NCBI GenBank assembly: GCA_023245415.1
Contig: JAHFKJ010000003.1
Span: 7,196 to 71,195, forward strand
From: Candidatus Gottesmanbacteria bacterium
GTDB taxonomy: Bacteria; Patescibacteriota; Microgenomatia; UBA10105
Direction of reading: 5' to 3'
DNA: 64,000 bases
Under the pieces are notes generated by a model, which ran no database searches, had not been told where the DNA came from, and saw nothing but the letters and a program-made list of their open reading frames with translations. A program made the position numbers and the translations under genes. This document shows, piece by piece, positions 1-9,717 of the stretch (position 1 is its first letter; each line of letters begins with the position of its first letter).

Positions 1-146
1 AAAATCAACTTATATGGGATAAATGGTTTTGTAGCTTGTGATTCACCAGCATTAAGCTGTTTAATACGTTTTCTTAAATCAGACGTATAACCAATATACA
101 ATCTTCGATCCTTTTTACTTTGAAGAATATAGACATAGAAAAACAT
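1..146 (-). CDS. GIY-YIG nuclease family protein (N-terminal part, runs off the window start; not in ORF track)
   Basis: Manual minus-strand translation from ATG 146: MFFYVYILQSKKDRRLYIGYTSDLRKRIKQLNAGESQATKPFIPYKLI. Shows the YVY...YIG...R pattern of small stand-alone GIY-YIG nucleases. Confidence 0.85.
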   Translation of the reverse strand, partial: MFFYVYILQSKKDRRLYIGYTSDLRKRIKQLNAGESQATKPFIPYKLI

Positions 147-232
147 ATTGAAGCCGGCAACGTAATAAATTTACTTCGTATATTTAAACGTTCCAGCCAC
201 GTTAAAATTTTGTGCAACATAAATTTTTTACG

Positions 233-317
233 TGGCGGAGGGTACAGGACTCGAACCTGTAAGGGTTTACACCCGCTAGTTTTCAAGACTAGTGCCATAC
301 CATTAGGCGAACCCTCC
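233..317 (-). tRNA. tRNA-Ser (anticodon TGA)
   Basis: Reverse complement GGAGGGTTCGCCTAATGGTATGGCACTAGTCTTGAAAACTAGCGGGTGTAAACCCTTACAGGTTCGAGTCCTGTACCCTCCGCCA: cloverleaf, long variable arm, TTCGA T-loop, encoded CCA. Confidence 0.95.
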
Positions 318-428
318 TTAAGTATTCGTAAAGTTCTAAGTTGTTTCTTCTAGAACTCGAGTGCTTGTATTTTAACAGAGATTGTGAAAGAATGAAAAAA
401 ATTTGAACTGCCTAAGGAGGTTATAGTT

Positions 429-1463
429 ATGGCCCAAGATCAAAAGTTGCAGGCGATCAAAATCGCGATGGAGCAAATTGAGAAACAATATGGTAAAGGC
501 TCCATTATGAAGTTGGGTGATCAGATGGCGGGAAAGATAGGTTTTGAGGTAATATCTACCGGTACGATTCCTCTTGATTTGGCTTTGGGAGTAGGAGGAG
601 TCCCTCGAGGTCGGATCATAGAAATTTATGGGCCGGAAGCCTCAGGAAAGACCTCTATTTGTTTATCGATAATTGCCGAAGCACAAAAAAATGGTGGAGT
701 TGCGGCATTTATTGATGCTGAACATGCTCTTGATCCAGTTTGGGCAGAAACACTAGGTGTGAAACTTAACGATCTACTGATTTCCCAACCAGATACCGGT
801 GAACAAGCGCTTGAAATTACGGAAACATTGATAAGAAGTGGTGGTGTAGATGTTATCGTTATCGATTCAGTAGCTGCATTGGTGCCCAGAGCTGAAATTG
901 AAGGCGAAATGGGAGATTCGATGATGGGAGTGCAGGCGCGTCTTATGTCACAAGCACTTAGAAAGCTGACCGCAGCAATTTCCAAGTCGAAAACCGTGGT
1001 GATTTTCACTAACCAATTGCGTCAGAAAATTGGTATTATGTTTGGTAATCCTGAAACTACGACGGGAGGTATGGCGCTTAAATTCTATGCTTCAATTCGA
1101 ATGGATGTCAGAAAAATCGAAACTATCAAAGATGGTGACCGGGCGATTGGGAGTAGACACCGAGTCAGAATTGTAAAAAATAAGGTGTCACCTCCTTTTC
1201 GAGTCGCCGAGTTTGATGTGATGAGTGATGGAATTTCCAAAGAGGGAGGTCTTCTAGATGTGGGAATTGAACTCGGAGTCATCGCAAAATCAGGTGCTTT
1301 TCTTAAATACAATGGACAAATGCTGGGTCAGGGACGTGAAGCTGCGAAGTTGTACCTAAAAGAAAATGCCAAGATTGCAAAAGAATTGCAGGAAGCTGTC
1401 TGGAAAAATGCAAAAACAGGTAAAGTTCCCGTTGAAGTGGGAAAAGAAGATGATGAGGAATGA
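429..1463 (+). CDS. recA: Recombinase A
   Basis: GPEASGKT Walker [24 protein letters not shown] motifs; GGAGG Shine-Dalgarno upstream. Confidence 0.99.
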   Translation: MAQDQKLQAIKIAMEQIEKQYGKGSIMKLGDQMAGKIGFEVISTGTIPLDLALGVGGVPRGRIIEIYGPEASGKTSICLSIIAEAQKNGGVAAFIDAEHALDPVWAETLGVKLNDLLISQPDTGEQALEITETLIRSGGVDVIVIDSVAALVPRAEIEGEMGDSMMGVQARLMSQALRKLTAAISKSKTVVIFTNQLRQKIGIMFGNPETTTGGMALKFYASIRMDVRKIETIKDGDRAIGSRHRVRIVKNKVSPPFRVAEFDVMSDGISKEGGLLDVGIELGVIAKSGAFLKYNGQMLGQGREAAKLYLKENAKIAKELQEAVWKNAKTGKVPVEVGKEDDEE

Positions 1464-2074
1464 TTGTCACACAGTTACAAGTTAAAAATAATGTAATTGC
1501 GGTTTATATTGACGGTGAACTTGTTTGCTCTTTAGCTCCTGAGATAGTCCTTAAACATGAGTTACGTAGAGGTCTTAAACTGTCCCAAGCAAGCCTGAAA
1601 CAATTATTAGAGGAAACTAATATAGTTAAGTGGCGTGATAAAGCTTTGCGTTTTATTTCGTTTCGTCCGCGCAGTTGTAAAGAATTATCTCAATATTTAC
1701 GAAAGCAGGGAATTTCTGAATCAATTTTGCAAATTCTCTTAGAAAAGTTAACTGATCAGAAATTAGTTGACGATCTACGATTTGCTCAGTGGTTTGTAGA
1801 ACAGCGGGATCAGTTTCGCCCCAAAGCAAAAAAAGTTTTGGAAATAGAACTTAAAAGTAAAGGTATTGGTTCAGATATCATTCAAGATGTGCTTGCCCAA
1901 AAAACGAGTAGTGACGAACTGTCCCAGGCTCAAACTCTCATCCAAAAAAAACTAAGATTATGGAAAAATTACTCCAAACAACAAAAAGAGCATAAAATTC
2001 AAGCATTTTTAATTCAGAGAGGGTATTCTTGGGATATTGTCCGGAGTATTTTGAAAATGGAGACGATTTTTTAA
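1460..2074 (+). CDS. recX: Regulatory protein RecX
   Basis: Overlaps recA stop; [33 protein letters not shown] motifs. Confidence 0.9.
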   Translation: MIVTQLQVKNNVIAVYIDGELVCSLAPEIVLKHELRRGLKLSQASLKQLLEETNIVKWRDKALRFISFRPRSCKELSQYLRKQGISESILQILLEKLTDQKLVDDLRFAQWFVEQRDQFRPKAKKVLEIELKSKGIGSDIIQDVLAQKTSSDELSQAQTLIQKKLRLWKNYSKQQKEHKIQAFLIQRGYSWDIVRSILKMETIF

Positions 2075-2078
2075 AGAT

Positions 2079-2113
2079 TTGACGTAAAGCGTTAATTTTG
2101 TATAAAATATAAT
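2079..2113 (+). promoter_or_regulatory. sigma70-type promoter upstream of rny leader
   Basis: TTGACG at 2079 followed by TATAAA/TATAAT hexamers at 2101-2113. Confidence 0.5.
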
Positions 2114-2257
2114 CTATAGAAAGGTATTAGTATTTTTCCTGAAAAAGCGAAAATGACTCAATATATATCAATTCTACTTTTTGGCCACACAACACGTCTT
2201 TAAACTTCCCCAAGACGTAAAAGAGTAGTGCTTTTTCCAGGAAAAACAAATTTAGAT

Positions 2258-3742
2258 ATGGGTATTTTTGATAAAGTGTCCAAACTTTTTAGCGGAAAGA
2301 AAACCTCCGGTTTTCCTAAAGTAGTTAAGAAAAAAATAGAGAAGCCTTCTTCAGAGATTACAAAACCTCATATTGATACCAGCGAAATCTTACGTAGTGC
2401 CCAAACAGAAGCTAAAGCAATTGTAATCGAAGCCAAAGACGAAGCTCTACGACTCAAACAACAGATGCAGGAAGAATTGATCCGAAAAGAAGAAGTATTG
2501 GAACGGAAGCAGGGAGCTTTGGATGAACGAGAACGGCAAATAAGCGCCAATGAAAAACACGTTGTACAACGGTTGGAAGAAATAACTCAAGTGAAAGCCG
2601 ATCAACTCGAGAAACTTGAGCGCGCCGGACATCTAACGAGAGATGAAGCCAAAGCTCTAATCTTAAAAGCAGTTGAAGATAACTTACATGAAGATATGGC
2701 AAAAATGATCCGGGAAGCCGAGGAGAACGCGCGTGAAGACGCTGCGAAAAAGTCTCGCGAAATTCTAGTTGATGCCATGCGTCATGGAGCTACTAACTAT
2801 GTGGCTGAATTTACTGTATCTGCAGTTAAGTTGCCTGATGAAGAGATGAAAGGTCGGATTATCGGTAAGGAAGGAAGAAATATACGTACTTTTGAACAAG
2901 TGACGGGAGTGGACGTAGATCTTGATGAAGAAGGAGTAATAAAATTATCGTCCTTCGACTCAGTTAGACGAGAAATTGCGCGTGTAGCTTTGGATAGACT
3001 CATGAAAGATGGTCGGATTCAACCCGGTCGAATTGAAGAATTAGTAGCTGAAGTCAAACGTGATATTGAACGAATCATGTTTGAAGAAGGACAAAAGTTG
3101 TGTCATGCTGTGGGTGTTTTTAATTTACCTCTACCCTTGATAGCACTTCTGGGGAGATTTAAATACCGTTTTTCCTATGGACAAAATATGATTGCTCATA
3201 CGCTTGAAGAAACTAAAATAGGGATCGCGTTGGCTCACGAAGTAAAAGCGGATGTAAACATAGTGAGACTTGGGTGTTTACTACATGACATTGGCAAAAT
3301 TATTACTGATCAGGAAGGCAGTCATATTGAATTGGGCGTCGATCTTCTAAAAAAACATCGTTTGCCTCAGGCTGTAATAGACTGCGTAGCTCAACATCAT
3401 GAAGATACACCGTTTAGTTCAATCGAGTCAGTTTTGGTTTATATCGCCGATGCGATTTCCGGAAGCCGACCGGGTGCCCGACACGAAGACATAGAAAAAT
3501 ATGTTAAAAGACTTACCGATCTTGAACAATTTGCTCGTTCTCACCCGGGGGTAACTGAAGCGTTTGCATTTCAAGCCGGCCGGGAACTGCGGGTTATTGT
3601 TACTCCGGAAAAGGTTAGCGATGCTGATGCAGAAGTGATATCCCATAAAATCAAAGAAGAGATTGAAGAAAAACTTACTTACCCAGGACAAATTCGGGTG
3701 ATGGTAATTCGTGAATATAGAGCTATCGATATTGCTAAGTAA
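2258..3742 (+). CDS. rny: Ribonuclease Y
   Basis: Coiled coil, KH motif GRIIGKEGRNIR, HD motif LLHDIGK, ADAISGSRPGAR. ATG 2258 preferred over GTG 2228. Confidence 0.97.
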   Translation: MGIFDKVSKLFSGKKTSGFPKVVKKKIEKPSSEITKPHIDTSEILRSAQTEAKAIVIEAKDEALRLKQQMQEELIRKEEVLERKQGALDERERQISANEKHVVQRLEEITQVKADQLEKLERAGHLTRDEAKALILKAVEDNLHEDMAKMIREAEENAREDAAKKSREILVDAMRHGATNYVAEFTVSAVKLPDEEMKGRIIGKEGRNIRTFEQVTGVDVDLDEEGVIKLSSFDSVRREIARVALDRLMKDGRIQPGRIEELVAEVKRDIERIMFEEGQKLCHAVGVFNLPLPLIALLGRFKYRFSYGQNMIAHTLEETKIGIALAHEVKADVNIVRLGCLLHDIGKIITDQEGSHIELGVDLLKKHRLPQAVIDCVAQHHEDTPFSSIESVLVYIADAISGSRPGARHEDIEKYVKRLTDLEQFARSHPGVTEAFAFQAGRELRVIVTPEKVSDADAEVISHKIKEEIEEKLTYPGQIRVMVIREYRAIDIAK

Positions 3743-3901
3743 TAAAAGAGAATTAAATGAGAGACACTTCATTCATCTTAATTCTGGACGTGACATACAA
3801 ATTGGTTTAATAAAATGTACTGCTTTGATAATCCAAACCATACTAACTTTCATAATTAGCTTATCTCCACGCCCTAATAATATCTCATAGTAACGTTCAT
3901 C

Positions 3902-3930
3902 TTGACAAGACAGTTAAAACACACTACATT
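3902..3930 (+). promoter_or_regulatory. sigma70-type promoter for HU gene
   Basis: TTGACA-17 nt-TACATT. Confidence 0.55.
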
Positions 3931-4126
3931 AATTAAATAAACTCGACTTGATCCTCTAAATAAAAATTCTGCCCAAAAAAATATTGTTGTGGCGCCTCTT
4001 GATAATATTCGAATAATTCAAAAAGATCGTTTGTATGCAAAAATTCCCAATCAGTATGTTCAATTGTTATAAACGATGGATGCCTAAGTTGAAACTACGG
4101 CAATCCGAAGGGAGGTGAATACATTT

Positions 4127-4399
4127 ATGACAAAAGCTGACTTAATAGTTATGGTATCTAAAAAAGTTAATCTAACCAACAAAGCTGCAAAAGAATCGGT
4201 TCAAGCAGTATTTAAAGCCATTGAAGATGCTTTGAAAAAAGGTGATAAAGTCGTGGTTACCGGTTTCGGAACTTTTATGGTTAGGTCGAGAGCTTCTCGA
4301 ACAGGCAGAAACCCACAAACGGGTGCAACCATTAATATTCCGGCACGCAAAACTCCTGGGTTTACCGCCGGGAAAGCTCTCAAAAAAGCCGTCCGTTGA
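4127..4399 (+). CDS. hup: DNA-binding protein HU
   Basis: MTKADLI...GFGTF...RTGRNPQTG...F.AGK.LK; strong GGAGGTGA SD places the start at ATG 4127. Confidence 0.97.
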   Translation: MTKADLIVMVSKKVNLTNKAAKESVQAVFKAIEDALKKGDKVVVTGFGTFMVRSRASRTGRNPQTGATINIPARKTPGFTAGKALKKAVR

Positions 4400-4421
4400 T
4401 ATTGGTGTAGTGAATTTAATT

Positions 4422-4453
4422 AAGGAAAGCCCGAATTGCTTGGGTCTTTCCTT
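4422..4453 (+). terminator. Intrinsic terminator-like hairpin after hup
   Basis: AAGGAAAGCCCGA...TTGGGTCTTTCCTT inverted repeat followed by T-rich sequence. Confidence 0.6.
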
Positions 4454-4529
4454 ATTTGTGTTAGAATTAATTATTAAATAGTTAATATTGTCTTAATATC
4501 AAAGGATAGTTCAAAAAGAACACATTGGA

Positions 4530-5519
4530 ATGTCTATTATGACGATCTCCGTTTCTCATCTGTACAAAGCCTATAAAGTTCAGCAAAAAGAACCGGGAAT
4601 AAAAGGTTCGCTAAAATCTATATTTGCGCGTAAATACAAAGATGTGCAGGCTGTGGCTGACGTTTCATTTTCAATTTCCGAAGGTGAACTAGTCGGATTT
4701 ATAGGGCCTAATGGTGCGGGTAAAACGACTACTCTAAAATGTTTGTCAGGTTTACTGTATCCTTCTTCGGGTCAACTTTCAGTATTGGGATTTAATCCGT
4801 TCGATAGAAAAAACGCGTTTTTAAAACAAATTTCTTTGGTCATGGGTCAGAAAAACCAGCTGTGGTGGGATTTACCGGCAATTGATACATTCTTACTTAA
4901 CAAAGAAATATATGAAATTTCCGACAGCGATTATCAAAAAACACTGAATGAGTTAGTTGATTTACTTAATGTGAAAGACGTATTAAATACACAAGTGCGT
5001 AAATTGTCTCTTGGGCAGAGAATGAAAATGGAACTTATCGCAGCTCTTATTCATAAACCAAAAGTCTTATTTTTGGATGAGCCGACAATTGGTTTGGATG
5101 TGATTATGCAGCAAAAAATGCGTGAGTTTATCAGTGAGTACAATTTGCGTTACAAATCAACAATTTTGCTGACTTCACATTACATGGATGATGTTAAGGA
5201 ATTATGTAAACGGGTGATCATTATTGATCACGGTAAGATCATTTTTGATGGACAACTAGATGATATAGTCAAAATACACGCCACACATAAACAAATCACC
5301 GTCATTTTTGAAAATTACGTTGACCCCAAACAGCTATCAGGTTTTGGCGAAATTAAGTATTTCGAATTTCCTAAAATTGTCTTATCAATTGAACGAGAGA
5401 AATCAAACGATGTGGCGGTAAGACTTTTACAAAAATTTCCGGTGGCGGATATCAATATTGAAGAGCCGGATATTGAAGATATAATAAGAACGGTGTTTAA
5501 AGGCAAAGAACTAGCATAA
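4530..5519 (+). CDS. ABC transporter ATP-binding protein (ABC-2 exporter type)
   Basis: GPNGAGKTT, LSLGQ signature, FLDEPT, TSH motifs. Confidence 0.95.
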   Translation: MSIMTISVSHLYKAYKVQQKEPGIKGSLKSIFARKYKDVQAVADVSFSISEGELVGFIGPNGAGKTTTLKCLSGLLYPSSGQLSVLGFNPFDRKNAFLKQISLVMGQKNQLWWDLPAIDTFLLNKEIYEISDSDYQKTLNELVDLLNVKDVLNTQVRKLSLGQRMKMELIAALIHKPKVLFLDEPTIGLDVIMQQKMREFISEYNLRYKSTILLTSHYMDDVKELCKRVIIIDHGKIIFDGQLDDIVKIHATHKQITVIFENYVDPKQLSGFGEIKYFEFPKIVLSIEREKSNDVAVRLLQKFPVADINIEEPDIEDIIRTVFKGKELA

Positions 5520-5528
5520 ATCATATGT

Positions 5529-6320
5529 ATGAAAAAATACTGCATGTTATTGTATTTGGCATGGAAACGAATTCTAATTTACCGCTCAGTTAGTCTTGTC
5601 TACGTCAGTCTTTCACTTCTTAATATATTTTTGACGATTGCAATTTGGACAGTAGTCTACAAAAATCCGGTTCATACACCTTCGGTGTCATTTTCCGTAT
5701 TTATTTCCTATTTTGCAGTGATGATTATTTTTACGCAATTTGTCAATTCCTATGCTTCGGGTGAAATGGCTGACATCCATATCAAACGGGGACAGTTATC
5801 AGTATATTTATTAAAACCCTTTCCTTATCTTGTACAGGAGTGGATACTTGAAATTCCCTGGCGGATAATGGCATTTTTTATGTCGCTTCCAGCGCTACTT
5901 ATTATTATTTTCCTGTTTCAGGATTCCATAAATCTAAACCCGGTATTTATAATTATCGCTTTGACTTTGGTCGTCGGTGCATTTGTATTATCGTATCTTA
6001 TACAAATCTGTTTCGCTATGTTGACTTTCTGGCTTGAGGATAGTCATGGGGTTTTGTCAGTGCTGGAAATTCTGACTCTTTTATTTACGGGTATGGGGAT
6101 GCCGATATTTTTCTTTCCGCCACTGCTTAAAACACTGGCATATATTTTGCCGTTTCAATATATACTCTATTTTCCTGTAGCACTGGCAGTAAACTTATTA
6201 AACGATCGAGAGATCATATTTTTCGTCTGTATGTATTTCGGTTGGATAGTGATTTTAACATTTGTGGCGTCACAGTTATGGAAAAACGGACTCAAAAAAT
6301 TTACCGGAGAAGGAACATAA
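5529..6320 (+). CDS. ABC-2 family permease (DUF990-like)
   Basis: About 6 TM segments, G.L..YLLKP motif, C-terminal W..G.K.F.GEG. Confidence 0.85.
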   Translation: MKKYCMLLYLAWKRILIYRSVSLVYVSLSLLNIFLTIAIWTVVYKNPVHTPSVSFSVFISYFAVMIIFTQFVNSYASGEMADIHIKRGQLSVYLLKPFPYLVQEWILEIPWRIMAFFMSLPALLIIIFLFQDSINLNPVFIIIALTLVVGAFVLSYLIQICFAMLTFWLEDSHGVLSVLEILTLLFTGMGMPIFFFPPLLKTLAYILPFQYILYFPVALAVNLLNDREIIFFVCMYFGWIVILTFVASQLWKNGLKKFTGEGT

Positions 6321-6321
6321 T

Positions 6322-7110
6322 ATGTTTCGTATCATAAAAATGACCAGTAACATCATCAAAGCAAATATAATGGTAGCTTTAATGTATCCGGCCAGTTTTT
6401 ATACCAGTAGCTTAAGCAGTATCTTGTGGATTGGTTTATCGATGATCAGTATTACAGTTTTAACATATCAATCACCGGAATTAGGTGGATGGAATAAACA
6501 CCAGCTGTTTGCAGTTCAGGGAGTTTACTCAATTATACTGGGAACAATGTATTTTATGTTTGGCGAAAATTTCAAAAAACTTATACGTCTTATCAACAAA
6601 GGAGATCTGGATCTATTGCTTACTAAACCAGTTGACAGCCAATTCTTGGTATCAGTCGGAGAAAACAAAATACACCAACTGTCGCGGGTTTTAGGCGGAA
6701 TTATTTTACTGACATATGCTTTATCAGCCCTGCATGTGAATGTCGGAATAAGAGATATAATACAGTTTCTTTTTTTTATGCTATTAAGCTGTATTATCAT
6801 ATATTCGATCTGGTTTCTGCTGGTGACGCTGACTATCTGGCTTACAAATTTATTTAATATTGATGAGTTGTTTACACATTTAACGGGGTTATCACGCTAT
6901 CCCCTGGAAGTATTTCGTTATTTAAATAGGTATTTATTTTATCTGGTACTACCTCTCGTTATCATTACATCTGTGCCAACACAAATTATTCTCAAGAAAC
7001 CGGATTTGTGGTTGATGATCGCAGCGGTATTGGTTGCAGGAATTTTATTTTTTTGTTCGCGAATGTTCTGGTTTTTTGCCTTAAAATTCTATACGAGTGC
7101 AAGTAGTTAA
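6322..7110 (+). CDS. ABC-2 family permease (DUF990-like)
   Basis: GDLDLLLTKP, RYP, C-terminal YTSASS; ATG 6322 follows the upstream stop. Confidence 0.85.
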   Translation: MFRIIKMTSNIIKANIMVALMYPASFYTSSLSSILWIGLSMISITVLTYQSPELGGWNKHQLFAVQGVYSIILGTMYFMFGENFKKLIRLINKGDLDLLLTKPVDSQFLVSVGENKIHQLSRVLGGIILLTYALSALHVNVGIRDIIQFLFFMLLSCIIIYSIWFLLVTLTIWLTNLFNIDELFTHLTGLSRYPLEVFRYLNRYLFYLVLPLVIITSVPTQIILKKPDLWLMIAAVLVAGILFFCSRMFWFFALKFYTSASS

Positions 7111-7111
7111 A

Positions 7112-7191
7112 AGTAATAAGCAACAAGTGATAAATGACAAGCTAAGAATTTTCAAAATGCTCTCTTGTCACATGTCACATGTCACTTATCA
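7112..7191. repeat. Degenerate 7-mer tandem repeats arranged as an inverted pair
   Basis: Left arm AAGTAAT/AAGCAAC/AAGTGAT/AAATGAC; right arm TGTCACA/TGTCACA/TGTCACT/TATCACC. The right arm supplies the ORF-track ATG of the next gene. Confidence 0.7.
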
Positions 7192-7988
7192 CCTCAAAAA
7201 AATACTTAATGATTTTCAAAAATACCTGGGATGAATATTCTGCGTACAGAATAAATTTTGTGTTTTGGCGGGTGCGCGTAGTGTTAAGATTTTTAATCAC
7301 CTACTTTTTGTGGTCGGCGATTTATTCCAGTCAACAGAATTATTTTGGATATAACCGGCAATCCATGCTTTCGTATGTATTACTCACTTACTTAGTAAGT
7401 AATTTTGTATTTGCGACACGCACACAGGATATCGGATCAGAGATCAATGAAGGTAGATTAACCAATTATTTACTCCGGCCGATCAACTATTTTACTGGAC
7501 TTATAGCACGGGATATTAGTGATAAATTTATAAATTTCATTTTTACCGTTGTTGAATTCGTATTTTTATTAAATATTTTTCAGCCTCCGATATTTTTTCA
7601 AACTAATTTTAATATAGTTGTATTTTCCATTATCGGTTTCCTCGGTTCAATCGTAATCTATTTCTATATAAGTATATTATTGGGATTTATAGGATTCTGG
7701 AGTGCAGAAATATGGGGAATCCGCTTTATCTTTATGGTTCTTCTTGACTTTTTCGCAGGCACGTTATTCCCAATTGATATATTGCCAGCAATAGTAACAA
7801 AAATACTCCTTTTTACTCCTTTTCCGTACATGTTTTACTTTCCGATAAAAATATATTTGGGTAGACTTTCTCTGAATGAAATTATTTTGGGATTCGGCGT
7901 TTTATGTACCTGGATATTTTTGCTTAAATCTTTAGTTATGATTGTTTGGAATAAAGGTTTGCGAATTTATAGCGCAGAAGGAAGATAA
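7179..7988 (+). CDS. ABC-2 family permease (DUF990-like)
   Basis: G.LTNYLLRP, G..FPID, C-terminal W.KG...YSAEG. Confidence 0.85.
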   Translation: MSLITSKKYLMIFKNTWDEYSAYRINFVFWRVRVVLRFLITYFLWSAIYSSQQNYFGYNRQSMLSYVLLTYLVSNFVFATRTQDIGSEINEGRLTNYLLRPINYFTGLIARDISDKFINFIFTVVEFVFLLNIFQPPIFFQTNFNIVVFSIIGFLGSIVIYFYISILLGFIGFWSAEIWGIRFIFMVLLDFFAGTLFPIDILPAIVTKILLFTPFPYMFYFPIKIYLGRLSLNEIILGFGVLCTWIFLLKSLVMIVWNKGLRIYSAEGR

Positions 7989-8070
7989 CTAAATCAACTA
8001 ATTTTCTAATCCTTAAATAGACGTGAAGATTTTTTTATTATTAGTTGATTAGACTATTAGATGATTAGTT
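7987..8070. repeat. Short tandem repeats (CTAA / TTAG cores, 8-9 nt period) arranged as an inverted pair
   Basis: AACTAAATCAACTAATTTTCTAAT ... ATTAGTTGATTAGACTATTAGATGATTAGTT. Confidence 0.6.
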
Positions 8071-8074
8071 GAAT

Positions 8075-8857
8075 ATGTTAATTCATTATATTCGTATCTG
8101 GTTGCGGTTGACATTGAGTTCATTTCAAGTTGCCTTGATTTCACGTTTTGGTGCGGTTTTATTTACGGTAGCTAAATTGTTGCGTTTTGGATTTTTTCTC
8201 TCAATTGTTTATTTAGTAATGAATAAAACTAATACTTTGGCTGGATACACATTGTCTCAATCAATCGTTTTTTTCTTAACTTACAATGTTATCGATACAT
8301 TTACTCAATTGCTATTTCGTGATGTATATCGTTTCCGGCAAAAAGTCATCAACGGTGACTTTGACCTTATATTAATTAAACCCATGAGTCCTTTATTTAG
8401 AGTACTTTTAGGAGGTGCAGACCCAATGGACTTAATTGTTTTGATACCCTATGTATGTATACTAATGTTTTTTTTGTTTCAAACAAATACTTCAGTAGGG
8501 TTATTTGCTATTTATATTTTACTTCTTACGAATGCATTTATAATATCAACTGCATTTCACATTACAGTTTTAGCTCTGGGAATTTTGACTACCGAAATCG
8601 ACCATACGATTATGATTTATCGCGATATCACAAGTATGGCCCGATTTCCAATCGATATTTATCAGGAGCCGATCAGAGCTTTGATAACATTTATAATTCC
8701 TATAGGAATTATGATGACTTTTCCAGTCAAAGCTTTATTTGGACTATTATCTTTACCGCTGCTATTAATTGCTTTAGGCCTAGGTTTAGGTGTGATCGGG
8801 TTAAGTTTATTATTTTGGCAAATCGCCCTCACCAAGTATACTTCGGCTTCAAGTTGA
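8075..8857 (+). CDS. ABC-2 family permease (DUF990-like)
   Basis: GDFDLILIKP, RFPIDIY, C-terminal YTSASS. Confidence 0.85.
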   Translation: MLIHYIRIWLRLTLSSFQVALISRFGAVLFTVAKLLRFGFFLSIVYLVMNKTNTLAGYTLSQSIVFFLTYNVIDTFTQLLFRDVYRFRQKVINGDFDLILIKPMSPLFRVLLGGADPMDLIVLIPYVCILMFFLFQTNTSVGLFAIYILLLTNAFIISTAFHITVLALGILTTEIDHTIMIYRDITSMARFPIDIYQEPIRALITFIIPIGIMMTFPVKALFGLLSLPLLLIALGLGLGVIGLSLLFWQIALTKYTSASS

Positions 8858-8867
8858 CAATAGTTCT

Positions 8868-9626
8868 ATGAAATACAAAGCTTTATTTCTAGACTTAGAC
8901 GGAACGACGGTAGTCCTTGGTAGTAACAGTCCGAGTGAGCGAGTAATAAATCGAGTGCATCAAGCTGACGAATTAATAGATGTATGTTTGGCCACTGGCA
9001 GAGTTCTTTCGACAGCGGAGCCGGTGATTAAAATATTAAATTTAAGTGGTTTGTGTGTCATTTCCAACGGAATCCAAATTTATGATCCGGTAAAGAAAAA
9101 AATTATTGAGGAAACCCCGATTAACCAGTCGCTTGTTCCAGAGCTCTATGAATTGCTGTCCAAGTTTAAAGTGGGAATACGGCAATTTGATGGTATAGCC
9201 GATGTGCCTTATTATGGAGAACAACTTACTGCTCCTATTCAAAGTCTTTATATTCCGGCAATATCAGACCAGACAGCTGATCAGGTAATCAATGCATTAA
9301 ACAAATACAAAAATATAACAGTTCATAAAATGTTAGCAACTGAAAATGGTATAGTCGGTCTTGAAATTTGTCATGTCAACGCGTCTAAACTGCATGGAAT
9401 TCACCGTGTCGCGCAATTATTGAGGATTCAAACACATGAAATTATTGGTGTTGGAGATGGATACAATGACTTTCCCTTGCTGATGGCCTGTGGTCTAAAA
9501 ATTGCCATGGGAAATGCAGTACCTGAACTGAAAGCCATAGCTGATTTTGTAGCTCCTGCTGTGGATGAAGATGGCGTGGCCACAGTAATTCAGAAGTTTA
9601 TACTCTCCTCTGTTTATTCCCCGTAA
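8868..9626 (+). CDS. Cof-type HAD-IIB hydrolase
   Basis: DLDGT, ATGR, NG, K..G, GDGYND, AMGNA motifs. Confidence 0.93.
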   Translation: MKYKALFLDLDGTTVVLGSNSPSERVINRVHQADELIDVCLATGRVLSTAEPVIKILNLSGLCVISNGIQIYDPVKKKIIEETPINQSLVPELYELLSKFKVGIRQFDGIADVPYYGEQLTAPIQSLYIPAISDQTADQVINALNKYKNITVHKMLATENGIVGLEICHVNASKLHGIHRVAQLLRIQTHEIIGVGDGYNDFPLLMACGLKIAMGNAVPELKAIADFVAPAVDEDGVATVIQKFILSSVYSP

Positions 9627-9717
9627 ATTAAGAGGATGTCAACTTGTCTATCGGCAGGTAGGGGTTAATAAATGCTCAAGAGGGAAATTGTATCAATAAT
9701 TTTGATACAATACCCCA

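Noticed and set aside
74-353. ORFs 74..298 (-) and 120..353 (+)
   Set aside because: They overlap tRNA-Ser and the GIY-YIG gene in other frames; shadow ORFs.
3931-4114. Structured ncRNA in the long hup leader
   Set aside because: Only weak AT-rich pairings; no recognisable family.
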